Assembly: GCA_033852075.1 (NCBI GenBank)
Contig: JAWSVC010000006.1
Coordinates: forward strand, 28-64,027
Source: Gammaproteobacteria bacterium
GTDB taxonomy: Bacteria > Pseudomonadota > Gammaproteobacteria > QZLD01
DNA length: 64,000 nucleotides
Reading direction: 5' to 3'
Shown in pieces: positions 27,179-38,227 of the stretch. Every line of letters starts with the position of its first letter. Within the stretch, counting starts at the first letter, position 1. A model generated the notes under the pieces. It was not told where the DNA came from and made no database searches. It was given only the letters and a program-made list of their open reading frames with translations. Both the position numbers and the translations under genes were made by a program.

Positions 27179-30100
27179 ATGACCATTTCTTTGCGGCATT
27201 TATCGCTTGCGTCTGTATTGCTATTACCCATGAATTTGTATGCTAATCAAACGGAACTGATAGGTGATGAATATTCAGTTCAGCAGCTGAAAGCAGTTAA
27301 CCAAAATGGTGAGCAAATTGGCAATAACAATACTAAACCTGATTCAGTTGGATATGCCCAAAATGAGATTCTTGTTCTTTTTAAATCAGACCAAAAAATA
27401 AATGGGCCTTTATTTCAGGTTCAAGGTTCAACGAATAATGATAATGGATTGTCTGGCTTAATTAATAAATATAATGCGGCAGATATGAAGCGGGTTTTGG
27501 CTAAGTATTCTGGATCTACCCAGGCTTATAAGCCTTTTTCATCCCAGGTAGATAACAGCGACGAAGGTAAGCTAAAGAACTTATACAAGGTTTCTATTTC
27601 CGGTGACCCTGCAGTTGCGGCAAAAGAATTTTCCCTGTTGCCCGAGGTTATCTATGCAGAGCCAAATTATAAGGTTCAAATAAATATGGTTCCTGATGAT
27701 AAATATTATTCAACAGCTGGTAGTTGGGGGCAAAGCTATGATGACCTATGGGGACTAAAGGCTATTAATGCCGAAAGTGCATGGGATAAATCTCAGGGGG
27801 AAGGTGTTGTTGTAGCAGTAATTGATACTGGTATTTATTTTGAACATGAGGATCTCGAGGGACAGATCTGGGTTAATACAGCTGAAATTCCCGATAATGG
27901 AATTGATGATGATGGTAATGGCTATGTCGATGATGTAAGTGGGTATAACTTTGTAGACAACAATTCTGTAGCTAGGGATGATCATGGTCACGGAACCCAC
28001 GTTTCCGGAACTATTGCAGCTAAAGGTAATAATGGTATTGGGATTATTGGTGTTGCTCCAAAAGCTAAGATTATGCCTATTAAGGGGTTGGATGTAACGG
28101 GTAGCGGTCTTAACTCTGATTTAATAAATGCGTTATTTTATGCCGCCGATATGGGGGCTGATGTAATCAATAATAGCTGGGGAGGTTACTTTAAATCGCA
28201 AGCTCTCAATGATGCAATCAATTATGCTCATGATAAGGGAACGGTAGTTATTGCAGCGGCTGGAAATAATAATGCTAAAGCCAAGTTTTCAACTCCAGGA
28301 AATATCGGCAAGGCGATTACAGTTGGGGCAATTGAACAAAATCAGAATAGAGCTGACTATTCAAATTATGGTGATAACGTTGATGTGTTTGCTCCTGGTT
28401 CAAACATCTTATCCTTGCTTTGTAAAGACTGTGGGTTTGAAATTTCTTATCAGGATAAGAATATAGATGATAAATACATCCAAACAAGTGGTACTTCAAT
28501 GGCAACTCCACATGTTGCTGGTGCAGCAGCATTGCTTTTGGCGAATAACCCAGAATACACCCCTGATGAGATTAGATACATACTGCGCTCTTCAGCTGTA
28601 GATAATACCCTAAATGGTTGGGATGAAAATCTAACCTATGGTGTTATGGATATTGATGCGGCTCTATCCTTAGATGAAATTCCAGCTGATTTATTGGCGG
28701 CAATTGAGACACCTGAGCCATATGAAATGGGTGATGAACACTATTACGGGAATGATAAATTTGTTGTAAAGGGTAGCTCTGCTGGTAATGACTTTAGTTA
28801 TTATGAACTACATTATGCGAAACTTATGGGTTATGAACCCGAATCTTTTAACCTGATTGGCAGGTGGGAAGAGCCTGTTTCAAATGATGAACTTGGGATA
28901 TTTGATGCCGCAGATCTAGCTGATGGTGAATATATCATAAGATTGAGAGTTTATAGTAGTAACGGAAAATATAGTGAAAGTTATCGAAGTGTTCAAAAGG
29001 ATAGCAGTCTAAAAGAAGGTTGGCCAAGAGTTAGCGAGATTACCGGAAAACCGCCAACTTTAGGAAGTGCTCGCTGGCTTCTAGGACACATGATGCCGTT
29101 GTATGCAGACCTAAATAATGATGGTGAAGAGGAACTTTATGTTTCAAATAATTCACAAATATTTGGCTGGAACAAAAGTGGAAAAGATCTTTCTGGATTC
29201 CCGATTACAATTCCTGCGGAATTAAATTCTACTGCAACACATTTAGCAACAGCAGATTTGGATGGTGATGGTGATTTAGAACTGGTTGTTGGTCTTTCTG
29301 GTAAAAAATATTTAAATGGGAAGAGATCAACAGTACTTGCATACCATCATACCGGTGAAGTGGTTAAGGGGTTTCCTGGTGGCAATCTAACAAAGGAGGT
29401 GCTCAGCGCAGATAGCAATGAATATAAATATTACATAAATGAAGGCCTGATAACTGGTGATTTCGATAATGACGGTATGGATGAGATAGTTTTCCAAGGT
29501 GGATGGGGAAACTCCAATTTGGGGAGTAGAGTTGATGCCTTGATGATAGAAGGTGATGGCTCAATAGCGTCTGGTTGGCCAGTAAATGTCAGCCGAGAAA
29601 CCAATTCGCCTAATCTTTTTATGGCAGCTGCAGATTTTGATAATGATGGGGTTGAAGAAATATTGATCAGAAGAATTGAAAATTTAAAAGACCCCATTGA
29701 ACATAGAGAACTTTATGTCGAACTATACAACTATAATGGTGAGGTTGAGAAAAGTTTAAACATTGAAGGATTTACTGGTCTTTTTAGTAGTATATTCGGT
29801 TATATTAATCTTAATGATAGCCCGGTTATAGTAGATGTTGATGGAGATAATGATCTTGAAATTATTATTAGTACAGAGCATGTTGATACTATAGCTAATA
29901 GTCCAAACGCAATCTTTGTCTTAGATCATAACCTGAATGTATTGCCTGCATGGCCAATAGATGCAAATGTTGATGGTAATATTCAAGATAGTAGCAATGT
30001 ATATGTTGTCAATGTAGATTCAGATTCTGACTTGGAAATTGCATATATTTATAAGGACTCAAGAAATGATGCGATAATTTTACATGCAAGAAACTTAGAT

Positions 30101-31975
30101 GGTTCACTAGTTGACGGTTATCCAATAACTGGCTCTGATAAAGAGGTATTTAGAACTTATTCAAGTGCATACGCATATCTTGATAAGGCACCTCAAGGAG
30201 CTCTGTTTTTTGAGAATAATGCGCCAATTAATTTCAAAATGATGCCTTCGGTTGATGTTGTGGATATTTATGCAAACTCTTTGCCTGGGTGGCCAAAGCC
30301 AATTGGAAGCTTTATTGGAGTTCCAGCTATAAGTACTCCTGCTAAATCTGGTAACACGGATATAGCAGTTGTTACAGATATGGGATTGGCATATGTGTTT
30401 GAGGAGCTATCGTATAACGAAACTGCAGCACCAATTTCAAACTTCTTAGCAGATAGTTCACATAGTGGCGTTGCAGATATTATTGCTCCAATGAATTCCT
30501 TTGGTGACTGTAACCAATATACAGCAACAAATGCTGAACATGTCACTGCAGCAAGGGCGACTGAAAAATGTAGCTTTGAATTTTTTGGATATTGCTATGG
30601 TACTAAGAGTTATATTGCAGTTGGCTCTGAAGATAATCTTGGTTCAAATGGCTCTGATATAAATACCTTAAAAGAGGATCCTGTGGGTTATTTCTCTCTT
30701 GGTGAATGTCCGGTTGTAGAGAGTTCTTCTCCTGAAGTTGTTAGCAGCAATATTCGCATTTTACCGGAAAAGGTACTAATCACCGGTTCTGCAGTAGATG
30801 TCGATAAAGACTTGGTTAAGGTTGAAGTTGAGCTGGATAATAGTGGTGAATGGGTGCGTGCTAATGGTAGACGTGATTGGACATTATCATTATATGGACT
30901 TGAAGAAGGACCGCATGTATTAAATTTCAAAGCAACAGATCTTGAAGGAAGAGAAAGCATAGTTGTAACAGAGAGTTTTGATTATGTTGTAGTTGATTAT
31001 GCGCCAAAGATTGATTCCTGGAATGTCTTTGTTGATGGAAACTTTATAGTTGTAAATGGTAAAGCTTCTGATGGTGATGGTGATCTTGACCATGTTGTTA
31101 TGACAGCGACTGGATATCCTGAAGAGGTAATTTGTAAAGGGATAGATGAATATGCTTGCTGGATTGTTGATATGCCAGATGGTAGACCAACAATTAAATT
31201 GGTTGCATATGATATAAAAGGTAATAGTAGTGACCCTGTTGAGTTTGAAGTTTCAGTTGGCATAGGTGTTCCTCCTGAAATTGTTAGTGCTGATTATGAA
31301 TTTATAGGAAATAGTGTCTTTATTAGCGGTACAGCTAATGATGCTGACGGAGATTTGGACAGAGTAATTGTTACTATCGATGACGAAGATATTCTTTGTA
31401 TTGATGCTGATGAATTTACATGTGAGTTAGGTGAGTTGTTGCCTGGAACATATGCTGCAAGCGTTACTGCTTATGATAGCTTTGATAGTCCAAGTGATCC
31501 TTATGCTATAGAGGTTGTAGTGAGTGAAGAAAGCGCTCCAACAATAGATTCATTTGACTATTATGTTGCAGAACAAAATATCAGAGTTACCGGAACAGCG
31601 TCTGACGCAGACAATGATTTAAGCTATATCCAGCTGGAATATGCTAATGGCGAGAAATCATGGAATTGTTCAGGAACCTATGATTTTGAATGCCTGATTT
31701 TAGATCATGAAGTTGGAACCTATGACTTTGTGATTGCAGCTTATGATGAGGCAGGAAATCGTTCTCAATCAGAAGTATTCACTATAGAATTTTTACCGGC
31801 AGAGTGTATTGAAGATACAAACGCAAACCATTTTGCAGCAGGAAGAGCGGTGAAAAAATACTACTACCTATATTATTCAACAGGAGTTGAAGATTATCTC
31901 GGTTACTCGTTTACTAGAACCTCTTTAAGAAAGGTTCCAAGCAGTGGCTGGGAAAAAGTAGCAAGTTGTAATTAA
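27179..31975 (+). CDS. giant secreted S8 subtilisin-like serine protease fused to FG-GAP/VCBS-like beta-propeller repeats and C-terminal Ig-like repeats (1598 aa)
   Basis: Start at ATG 27179 after GGAGGA RBS. Signal peptide MTISLRHLSLASVLLLPMNLYA. S8 catalytic triad motifs VAVIDTGI (Asp), HGTHVSGTIAA (His), GTSMATPHVAGAAALL (Ser). Repeated DLDGDGDLE / DFDNDGMDE / DFDNDGVEE / DVDGDNDLE calcium-binding FG-GAP-like loops. Four C-terminal ~100-aa repeats each with DxDGDLD. Confidence 0.85.
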   Translation: MTISLRHLSLASVLLLPMNLYANQTELIGDEYSVQQLKAVNQNGEQIGNNNTKPDSVGYAQNEILVLFKSDQKINGPLFQVQGSTNNDNGLSGLINKYNAADMKRVLAKYSGSTQAYKPFSSQVDNSDEGKLKNLYKVSISGDPAVAAKEFSLLPEVIYAEPNYKVQINMVPDDKYYSTAGSWGQSYDDLWGLKAINAESAWDKSQGEGVVVAVIDTGIYFEHEDLEGQIWVNTAEIPDNGIDDDGNGYVDDVSGYNFVDNNSVARDDHGHGTHVSGTIAAKGNNGIGIIGVAPKAKIMPIKGLDVTGSGLNSDLINALFYAADMGADVINNSWGGYFKSQALNDAINYAHDKGTVVIAAAGNNNAKAKFSTPGNIGKAITVGAIEQNQNRADYSNYGDNVDVFAPGSNILSLLCKDCGFEISYQDKNIDDKYIQTSGTSMATPHVAGAAALLLANNPEYTPDEIRYILRSSAVDNTLNGWDENLTYGVMDIDAALSLDEIPADLLAAIETPEPYEMGDEHYYGNDKFVVKGSSAGNDFSYYELHYAKLMGYEPESFNLIGRWEEPVSNDELGIFDAADLADGEYIIRLRVYSSNGKYSESYRSVQKDSSLKEGWPRVSEITGKPPTLGSARWLLGHMMPLYADLNNDGEEELYVSNNSQIFGWNKSGKDLSGFPITIPAELNSTATHLATADLDGDGDLELVVGLSGKKYLNGKRSTVLAYHHTGEVVKGFPGGNLTKEVLSADSNEYKYYINEGLITGDFDNDGMDEIVFQGGWGNSNLGSRVDALMIEGDGSIASGWPVNVSRETNSPNLFMAAADFDNDGVEEILIRRIENLKDPIEHRELYVELYNYNGEVEKSLNIEGFTGLFSSIFGYINLNDSPVIVDVDGDNDLEIIISTEHVDTIANSPNAIFVLDHNLNVLPAWPIDANVDGNIQDSSNVYVVNVDSDSDLEIAYIYKDSRNDAIILHARNLDGSLVDGYPITGSDKEVFRTYSSAYAYLDKAPQGALFFENNAPINFKMMPSVDVVDIYANSLPGWPKPIGSFIGVPAISTPAKSGNTDIAVVTDMGLAYVFEELSYNETAAPISNFLADSSHSGVADIIAPMNSFGDCNQYTATNAEHVTAARATEKCSFEFFGYCYGTKSYIAVGSEDNLGSNGSDINTLKEDPVGYFSLGECPVVESSSPEVVSSNIRILPEKVLITGSAVDVDKDLVKVEVELDNSGEWVRANGRRDWTLSLYGLEEGPHVLNFKATDLEGRESIVVTESFDYVVVDYAPKIDSWNVFVDGNFIVVNGKASDGDGDLDHVVMTATGYPEEVICKGIDEYACWIVDMPDGRPTIKLVAYDIKGNSSDPVEFEVSVGIGVPPEIVSADYEFIGNSVFISGTANDADGDLDRVIVTIDDEDILCIDADEFTCELGELLPGTYAASVTAYDSFDSPSDPYAIEVVVSEESAPTIDSFDYYVAEQNIRVTGTASDADNDLSYIQLEYANGEKSWNCSGTYDFECLILDHEVGTYDFVIAAYDEAGNRSQSEVFTIEFLPAECIEDTNANHFAAGRAVKKYYYLYYSTGVEDYLGYSFTRTSLRKVPSSGWEKVASCN

Positions 31976-32002
31976 AGAACTTGTTGTCTTTAAAAATTGA
32001 AA

Positions 32003-32028
32003 AGGCGGGCTAGTCCCGTCTTTTTTTA
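32003..32028 (+). terminator. Rho-independent terminator after protease gene
   Basis: ggcgggctagtcccgtc hairpin followed by ttttttt. Confidence 0.6.
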
Positions 32029-32149
32029 TTTATGGTTGTATCTAATTGAATAATGAATAGGTGTCGCGGTTAATGTGATTGTGTTAATGTGTGAAAATGA
32101 TTTATAGGCATTATTGTAAATTTATAAATGATAGTTAGATAAGATTCAA

Positions 32150-32701
32150 ATGAACGACTTTTACTTAATATGGCAAATAAGCCCAGATTCAAATGGGGTT
32201 CAATCCGGCAATCTAACGCGTTTATTTTTTAGCATAGCCATACTAATAATTGGGATATTTATCGCTTTTGCTACTAAAGATAATTATCACTGCCACTCTA
32301 ATAAAAAAAGATCTCCATATTCTATCTTGATAGTTGGCGTAATATTTTCTGTTGCCAGTACAATTTTTTACCTCTTTGATGCTGGTGGTAATGATATGCT
32401 TTATGATGCATTTATCAATAACGAATATAAAACAGTTGAAGGTGAAGTTCATGTTTTTCATGAACAACGTGCAATGGGGCATAGTAAAGGCGATATAATT
32501 GAAATTGACCATGAAACATTTGTTATAGATGCTTTTTATCGTACAGCTGCGTACAAAAAAATCATTGCTCATGGAGGGGCCTTAAAAGAAGGGGTTTATG
32601 CCAGAATCAGATACTTAGAAAAAAATAAAAATGGACATATATTGTCAGAATTAGAAAAAGGTAAAAATAGAAGCATATTGTCAGTTGAAATACGCAAATA
32701 A
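32150..32701 (+). CDS. hypothetical 2-TM membrane protein (AT-rich accessory gene)
   Basis: 183 aa, two hydrophobic helices, no recognisable motif, low GC. Confidence 0.45.
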   Translation: MNDFYLIWQISPDSNGVQSGNLTRLFFSIAILIIGIFIAFATKDNYHCHSNKKRSPYSILIVGVIFSVASTIFYLFDAGGNDMLYDAFINNEYKTVEGEVHVFHEQRAMGHSKGDIIEIDHETFVIDAFYRTAAYKKIIAHGGALKEGVYARIRYLEKNKNGHILSELEKGKNRSILSVEIRK

Positions 32702-32822
32702 TGATTAACGGATATACTTAAATTCAACTAACATCGTTATCAACTTAGCACTTTGGGTGTTTGACTCAAAACCTCGGTCGGGTTTTCGTTGTTTATGGCA
32801 AACGTTAATTTAAGGGTATCTT

Positions 32823-33371
32823 ATGAATTCAGACTTTGAATATTTATTTAATCTAGTATCAACCTTTTTTTCACGCAAACGTATTCAAAAACAACTTGAT
32901 ATTCTTAATGAATATGAAATATCTGGGTGGGAAATATGGCTTCAAATTGAATTTGCATACTTTCTTTCAGAGCAAAATCCAACAATAGAATGGTGGCGTG
33001 AACAACTGTTAGAGTATGATTACCGTATGGAAAAAGAGAAGTGTTTCTTAAAACCAGACTTTCTAATAAGAAAGAGTGGTTGGAAAAAAGAAACGTATAT
33101 CGCTTTAGAATTAAAACAGCATTCTATTGCGGGATCATGCATCAACAACATGATGAGTGATGTAAAAAAAATATATAAAGTTCGTCAGTCTGAATTAGAT
33201 ATTCGTAATTTCTGGGTATTGGGTATTACTAAGATGGAAGAAATACAAGAAAAGAAAGAATTACTTAGTAAAATTCTTAAGAGCGCAAATAATAACGATA
33301 TACGGCTTAATGAAAAATGCATAGAAATTCATCGCATACATAATACGTCGTATGCTTATATGTTATTCTAA
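32823..33371 (+). CDS. hypothetical protein with possible PD-(D/E)xK-like motif
   Basis: 182 aa. KPDFLIRKSG...IALELKQ resembles a PD...(D/E)xK nuclease core. Low GC. Confidence 0.4.
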   Translation: MNSDFEYLFNLVSTFFSRKRIQKQLDILNEYEISGWEIWLQIEFAYFLSEQNPTIEWWREQLLEYDYRMEKEKCFLKPDFLIRKSGWKKETYIALELKQHSIAGSCINNMMSDVKKIYKVRQSELDIRNFWVLGITKMEEIQEKKELLSKILKSANNNDIRLNEKCIEIHRIHNTSYAYMLF

Positions 33372-33473
33372 TGAATTAAGATATAACGTCTTTATTGGTA
33401 ATGGCGCCTTCGGTGCTGGATTTAAAAACATAGTTGGCTTTAAAGTAGTGTTCAAAACAAGGTAAATTAAAGA

Positions 33474-33926
33474 ATGAATCGTTGTATATATTTAGTTTTT
33501 TTATGTGTCTTTTTTGCAGGGTGCAATCTATCTGAAGAGGTGGAAGCGATTGAAGCAAATGATAATTCAAAACGGATTTGGATATTTGCCCAATTTAATG
33601 TGCCAGAGGAAAAGGATGCTTTAGAAACGTACTTTTATTTTGGAGAAGTTCCGGAAAAGCTTTATCAAAAAATCAGTACCAACCGAATTAAGAGTGGATT
33701 TATTTTGCTTGAAAATGTCAGGTATTGGGGAAAAGACGACAAAATTTATGAGCTTCGTGGTAAAGGATATTCTGGTGATGTGCTGTTTAGGATAGAAGAT
33801 ATCCGGAAATTAGAACGGGTTGTAACTGAACCAAAAGTTGGTGGAGACTTGGAATCAGTTAATCAGCCAAAGCCGGAGGAAAAAGTAGAAAAGCAAGACA
33901 CTAGTAAGCAAGAAACAAAAAAATAA
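33474..33926 (+). CDS. hypothetical lipoprotein
   Basis: Lipobox VFFAGC. 150 aa. Lys/Glu-rich C-terminal tail. Confidence 0.45.
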   Translation: MNRCIYLVFLCVFFAGCNLSEEVEAIEANDNSKRIWIFAQFNVPEEKDALETYFYFGEVPEKLYQKISTNRIKSGFILLENVRYWGKDDKIYELRGKGYSGDVLFRIEDIRKLERVVTEPKVGGDLESVNQPKPEEKVEKQDTSKQETKK

Positions 33927-34023
33927 TTTGCTGAATAAATATTGCCTTAAATATATTTTCGCGTTCCCAAGCTTCTGCTTGGGAACGTATATAATTTGTA
34001 TTATTACACTCTCAAAATGAAGC

Positions 34024-34869
34024 TTAGGTATTTATCAAATTATCTATGATGCTATTGAAAGCTTTAGATGCTGGAATTTCGCTGTGTTTTTCTATAAACA
34101 CAACACCATTATCACTACATTTCGCAATTCTAGGATCTAATGGCAATTTCCCGAGAAAAGGGATGTTTTTTTCTTTTGCCATATTTTCACCACCACCCGA
34201 ATCAAATATTTCAAATTCATGTTCGCAATCAGGGCAAATAACTCCACTCATATTTTCAATTACACCAAGAATTGGTAGTTTCAGTGTTTCACAAAACGAT
34301 ATGCATTTTCGACAATCCGACAAAGATACTTCCTGAGGTGTAGTTACAATAATACCTCCGCTGGCACCTTTAACCATCTGACATGCAGAAAGAACTTCAT
34401 CCCCAGTTCCAGGGGGGAAATCCATAATTAAATAATCAAGTTCTCCCCAATGGGTATTTTCAAATAACTGCCTTAAAACATTTGATTTCATTGGGCCGCG
34501 CCAAATGATGGCATCATCTTTATTTTCCATCAAAAACGGAATAGATATAACTTTTAAAGAACCGATTTCTATAGGCAATATGCATCCATCATGTGTTTGT
34601 AAGCATTGACTGTTTTGCAAACCCAGCATGGTGGGAATGCTGGGGCCATGAAAATCGATATCTAAAAGCCCAACTGAAAAACCCTTTTGTGAAAGGGTGG
34701 CTGCCAAATTAACAGCTACAGAACTCTTACCGACGCCCCCTTTACCAGATAAGACCAGTATTTTATTTTTAATGCTCATCATTATTTTGTTGATTTTGTT
34801 TTCAGGGCAGTTATTACACTCACTGGTACCTTGTGATTGGCAGTCATTTGAACAAGAATTATTCATCAA
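34024..34869 (-). CDS. apbC: Mrp/ApbC/NBP35-family Fe-S cluster carrier ATPase
   Basis: Walker A GKGGVGKSS, CxxC pair (GVICPDC), Cys-rich N-terminal extension. Confidence 0.88.
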   Translation of the reverse strand: MMNNSCSNDCQSQGTSECNNCPENKINKIMMSIKNKILVLSGKGGVGKSSVAVNLAATLSQKGFSVGLLDIDFHGPSIPTMLGLQNSQCLQTHDGCILPIEIGSLKVISIPFLMENKDDAIIWRGPMKSNVLRQLFENTHWGELDYLIMDFPPGTGDEVLSACQMVKGASGGIIVTTPQEVSLSDCRKCISFCETLKLPILGVIENMSGVICPDCEHEFEIFDSGGGENMAKEKNIPFLGKLPLDPRIAKCSDNGVVFIEKHSEIPASKAFNSIIDNLINT

Positions 34870-35450
34870 TTATCTCTCGCTTTAAATTCGAATATACTGC
34901 ATCAATTAAGACAGTATTTTCCTATTAATTTGGTAGCTATTTTATAAATAAATGTTGTCAGAGTAAAATTTACTAGCTATTTTCTATTATTATCAGATAA
35001 GGATTTTAACTTGCTAATTTAATATCAATGGAATAAACACCAATAGATGAGATTTCTACTTTTAATATTAAAAAGTTGATGATTCAAACTTAAAGTTGAT
35101 TTTTAAATCACGCGAAGTTTTTACTGTTAATGGTGAAATAATTGAAGCGCAGTTTGAAACCGAAAATGGGCAGTTCTTGCTGTTTCTATCTGATAACTGC
35201 CCTTATGAAGAAGCTATTAATATTTATTTATTGGGTAGTGATAAATAAATTTTAGATTATATCGCTATTTCTCAAAATTACACTGCTGGAAAATTTGCAG
35301 ATACAGAAATAATAGATGACTCATTGCTTTCAGTTAAGATATCTTTTGACCTGATAGTTGCCAATATGATTTAATTGTCCTTTAATAATTTCGCATTATC
35401 TACAGCTTTTCTATGATATTAACGCAAACCAACAAACAATGGGGCTTTTT

Positions 35451-36290
35451 ATGAACAGGATACTATTATCATTATTATGCTTTCTTTTCTTCTTTTCTAC
35501 TAATATACTTGCAGTTGAAAAAATCACCAATGAAAGCATATTGCAAATGTCTCAAATAGGTTTGGATGACACGCTAATAATTGCGAAAATCACAAACTCA
35601 GAAAGTGCTTTCAATACATCCCCTAATGAACTCATCAAGTTAAAAGAACAAGGAATTAGCTCTAATGTTTTATCCGCGATGATTAAAGCTGAAGCGGATG
35701 CTGAAAAAGCTAAAAATGCAAAACCTGAAGGAAATTTTGTTGAAATAGCTATCGATGACAAAAAAGTCCAACTTGGTGAAGTTTCGGTAGAGATGCAAAC
35801 ATCTCATCGTAAAAGATGGATACCCGTTTATGGTTCGTTTGCATCCCCAGAAATATTCGCCTTTATCAACGGTAAAAAGGCTCCAAAATCACTAACTAAC
35901 ACTAATGACAAACAATTAACCATTCACACCACAATCAATCCAACTAGAATTAAACTTGTTAAGCTTGGCCAACACAGAAGTGGCAAACGTTATACTGTAT
36001 TTTCAAAAAATAAAACCGATACAGAAGTTGCCTTTTCTTCACTAGGCCAAACTAAAAATGGGATGTATGAGATGAGAACTGCCGCCCCAGTAGATAATGG
36101 TGAATATGCATTGTTAATCAGCCCTGAAATCAAAGGTGGCAATTCTCTTCTCAAGTTTGCTTTAAAACAACAGTTTATTTCTCAAACAGCATTTGATTTT
36201 AGTATTAACGGGCACAATCAAAATGTCCAAGAGATCAACACAGCAACAAAAGAAGAGACTGATCCTGATTCTGCATTTGATCAAATTTAA
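35451..36290 (+). CDS. hypothetical secreted protein
   Basis: Signal peptide MNRILLSLLCFLFFFSTNILA. No recognisable domain. Confidence 0.5.
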   Translation: MNRILLSLLCFLFFFSTNILAVEKITNESILQMSQIGLDDTLIIAKITNSESAFNTSPNELIKLKEQGISSNVLSAMIKAEADAEKAKNAKPEGNFVEIAIDDKKVQLGEVSVEMQTSHRKRWIPVYGSFASPEIFAFINGKKAPKSLTNTNDKQLTIHTTINPTRIKLVKLGQHRSGKRYTVFSKNKTDTEVAFSSLGQTKNGMYEMRTAAPVDNGEYALLISPEIKGGNSLLKFALKQQFISQTAFDFSINGHNQNVQEINTATKEETDPDSAFDQI

Positions 36291-36597
36291 ACCCAAAAAA
36301 CATCATCATAACTTAAATCTATTAATAGAGGCTCTTTTTATTGAAAGGGCCTCGTTATACCTTCATATTTAACCTCAGTACTAAAATTAATCTGTAAGCT
36401 GTGATTCAGAGCCCAAGGCTGCGTAATCAGGGGCTGCAGTAGGCGTAGGCCGGTATCCAGAAACCCTTTGTCGGTTTGCGTACCGACGGGCATCCCTATT
36501 TTGATTTGCCTATATATATCAGCAGAGTAGAATTAAAAAAAGAAGCTTTTAGCAGTAAAAATGGATTTTGAAAACGGTTCACAATAAAGGAGCAATC

Positions 36598-37533
36598 ATG
36601 CGAATTAAATTATATAAACGAGCACCTATTCTGGTTTTATCAGTTGCCATTATGCTTACAGGCCTTTATTTCGTCAGAAACAGAGAGGTAATAGAACTAA
36701 CAGAAGAGATTCGCAATCAGGCTGCAGGAAAGTTTGTAACTATCGATAATGGTCAGGTGCACTATAAGCTTGAAGGTGATGCCGCAGCACCGCTGGTTGT
36801 ATTAGTTCACGGATTCTCCATACCAAATTATATCTGGGATAACACAGCAAAATCATTGGTGCAAAATGGCTATCAGGTATTGCGCTATGACCTTTATGGG
36901 CGTGGATTTTCCGATCGCCCAGATGCTACCTACAACCGCGAATTATTTGTTACTCAGCTATCCCAAGTCGTGAATAAAATTGCTCCAGACACCAAGTTTG
37001 ACCTGATTGGTATCTCGATGGGCGGACCAATTGTTGCAGATTATGCCAAATCAAACCCAACTAGAGTAAAACATCTGGTATTAATGGCTCCGCTTGGGCT
37101 TGGGGTAGATATTCATATTATGGGTGTTCCGGTCATTGGTGAATACATAGCAGCCATAGGTATGGTTGATAGCATCGAAAAAAAGCTAAAGAACAATTTT
37201 TATAATCCAGATAAAAACTTTCCCGACTGGAGCGAAAAATACTCCTATCAGACCAAAATTATTGGGTTTAGACGCGCACTATTGTCAAGCATGAGAGAGT
37301 TTGCACAACACGACCAGTGGCAGGTATATAGTGAGTTGGGACAAACTGAATTACCGGTACTATTGGTTTGGGGTAAGGAGGATACAATTGTACCATTCTC
37401 GCAGTATGAACTGATTAAACAGCATATCCCCAACGCAAAGTTGGTGGCGATTGAGGATGCAGGTCATGTTGTGAATATTGAAGGTGCAGATGTGGTTGAC
37501 CCAGCTCTTGTAGAGTTTTTTGGTGGTGAGTAG
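36598..37533 (+). CDS. alpha/beta hydrolase fold protein
   Basis: HGFS oxyanion region, nucleophile elbow GISMGG, C-terminal DAGHVVNIE (His). Start at MRIKLYK with AAGGAG RBS. Confidence 0.85.
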   Translation: MRIKLYKRAPILVLSVAIMLTGLYFVRNREVIELTEEIRNQAAGKFVTIDNGQVHYKLEGDAAAPLVVLVHGFSIPNYIWDNTAKSLVQNGYQVLRYDLYGRGFSDRPDATYNRELFVTQLSQVVNKIAPDTKFDLIGISMGGPIVADYAKSNPTRVKHLVLMAPLGLGVDIHIMGVPVIGEYIAAIGMVDSIEKKLKNNFYNPDKNFPDWSEKYSYQTKIIGFRRALLSSMREFAQHDQWQVYSELGQTELPVLLVWGKEDTIVPFSQYELIKQHIPNAKLVAIEDAGHVVNIEGADVVDPALVEFFGGE

Positions 37534-37539
37534 TTTGTA

Positions 37540-38110
37540 GGGTGGGTATTGTCCAGCGGGAGTTTTTTATCCCCGCACCAAACCACCGTTATTCTCACGC
37601 CAACCTCCGTCATTCCCAACTTGATTGGGAATCTCGACATAAACGCACCTGACTCCCTATAACGTCATACCGGCGCAGGCCGGTATCCAGCAAACGAATG
37701 TTTGCCGCGTGAAGCGCGATTGCTGAATTAAATTAATAATTAAATTGTGCATTCGAATGCACAATTCCAACCGACTGAAAAATAAGTAATTGATTTTTTG
37801 AAATATGGAAAACCTTTTTCTCGCTCCCAAACTCCAGTTTGGGGGTGTATGTTATGGAAGATATCTATGCATTCCCAACGAGGACGTTGGGAACGAGAAA
37901 AAAGCTGGGTCTTCGGCTTCCCTCAAATTCAATCTGCCCACGCGGCCGGTTTGATTCGCATCCATGCTCAGCAAACCTTATTTGTACGTCCATGTACAAA
38001 TAACCGCTATGCATATCTATTTTCGGCTGCGCTTAAAGGGGGCTTCGTAGGAAGGTAATCAATTGTGGGGCTGCAGTCGATTGGTTTTTAAGCGAAGCGA
38101 AAACAAAGTA
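37540..38110. repeat. MITE/REP-like repeat cluster
   Basis: Contains ~90-bp unit ctcgctcccaaactccagtttgg...gcattcccaacgaggacgttgggaacgag (also at 44100-44190 and 44345-44430), gccggtatccag-type element, perfect 20-bp palindrome ttgtgcattcgaatgcacaa (37745-37764). Confidence 0.8.
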
Positions 38111-38227
38111 AAAGACTCTGACCTCATTGATTCGCTATTCGCGTAAGGTTTATCTAAGTAAAAATGGCTATGTGATGTGACTTATTGTCCGTTGACTCTT
38201 TGTCTGCATGCTAAGATGATGGTTATC

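Noticed and set aside
38120-38227. Searched for a symmetric C-box operator (GACT-N3-AGTC type) upstream of the controller gene
   Set aside because: Only direct GACTT/GACTC half-sites were seen, not an inverted repeat. A C-box cannot be supported from sequence alone.
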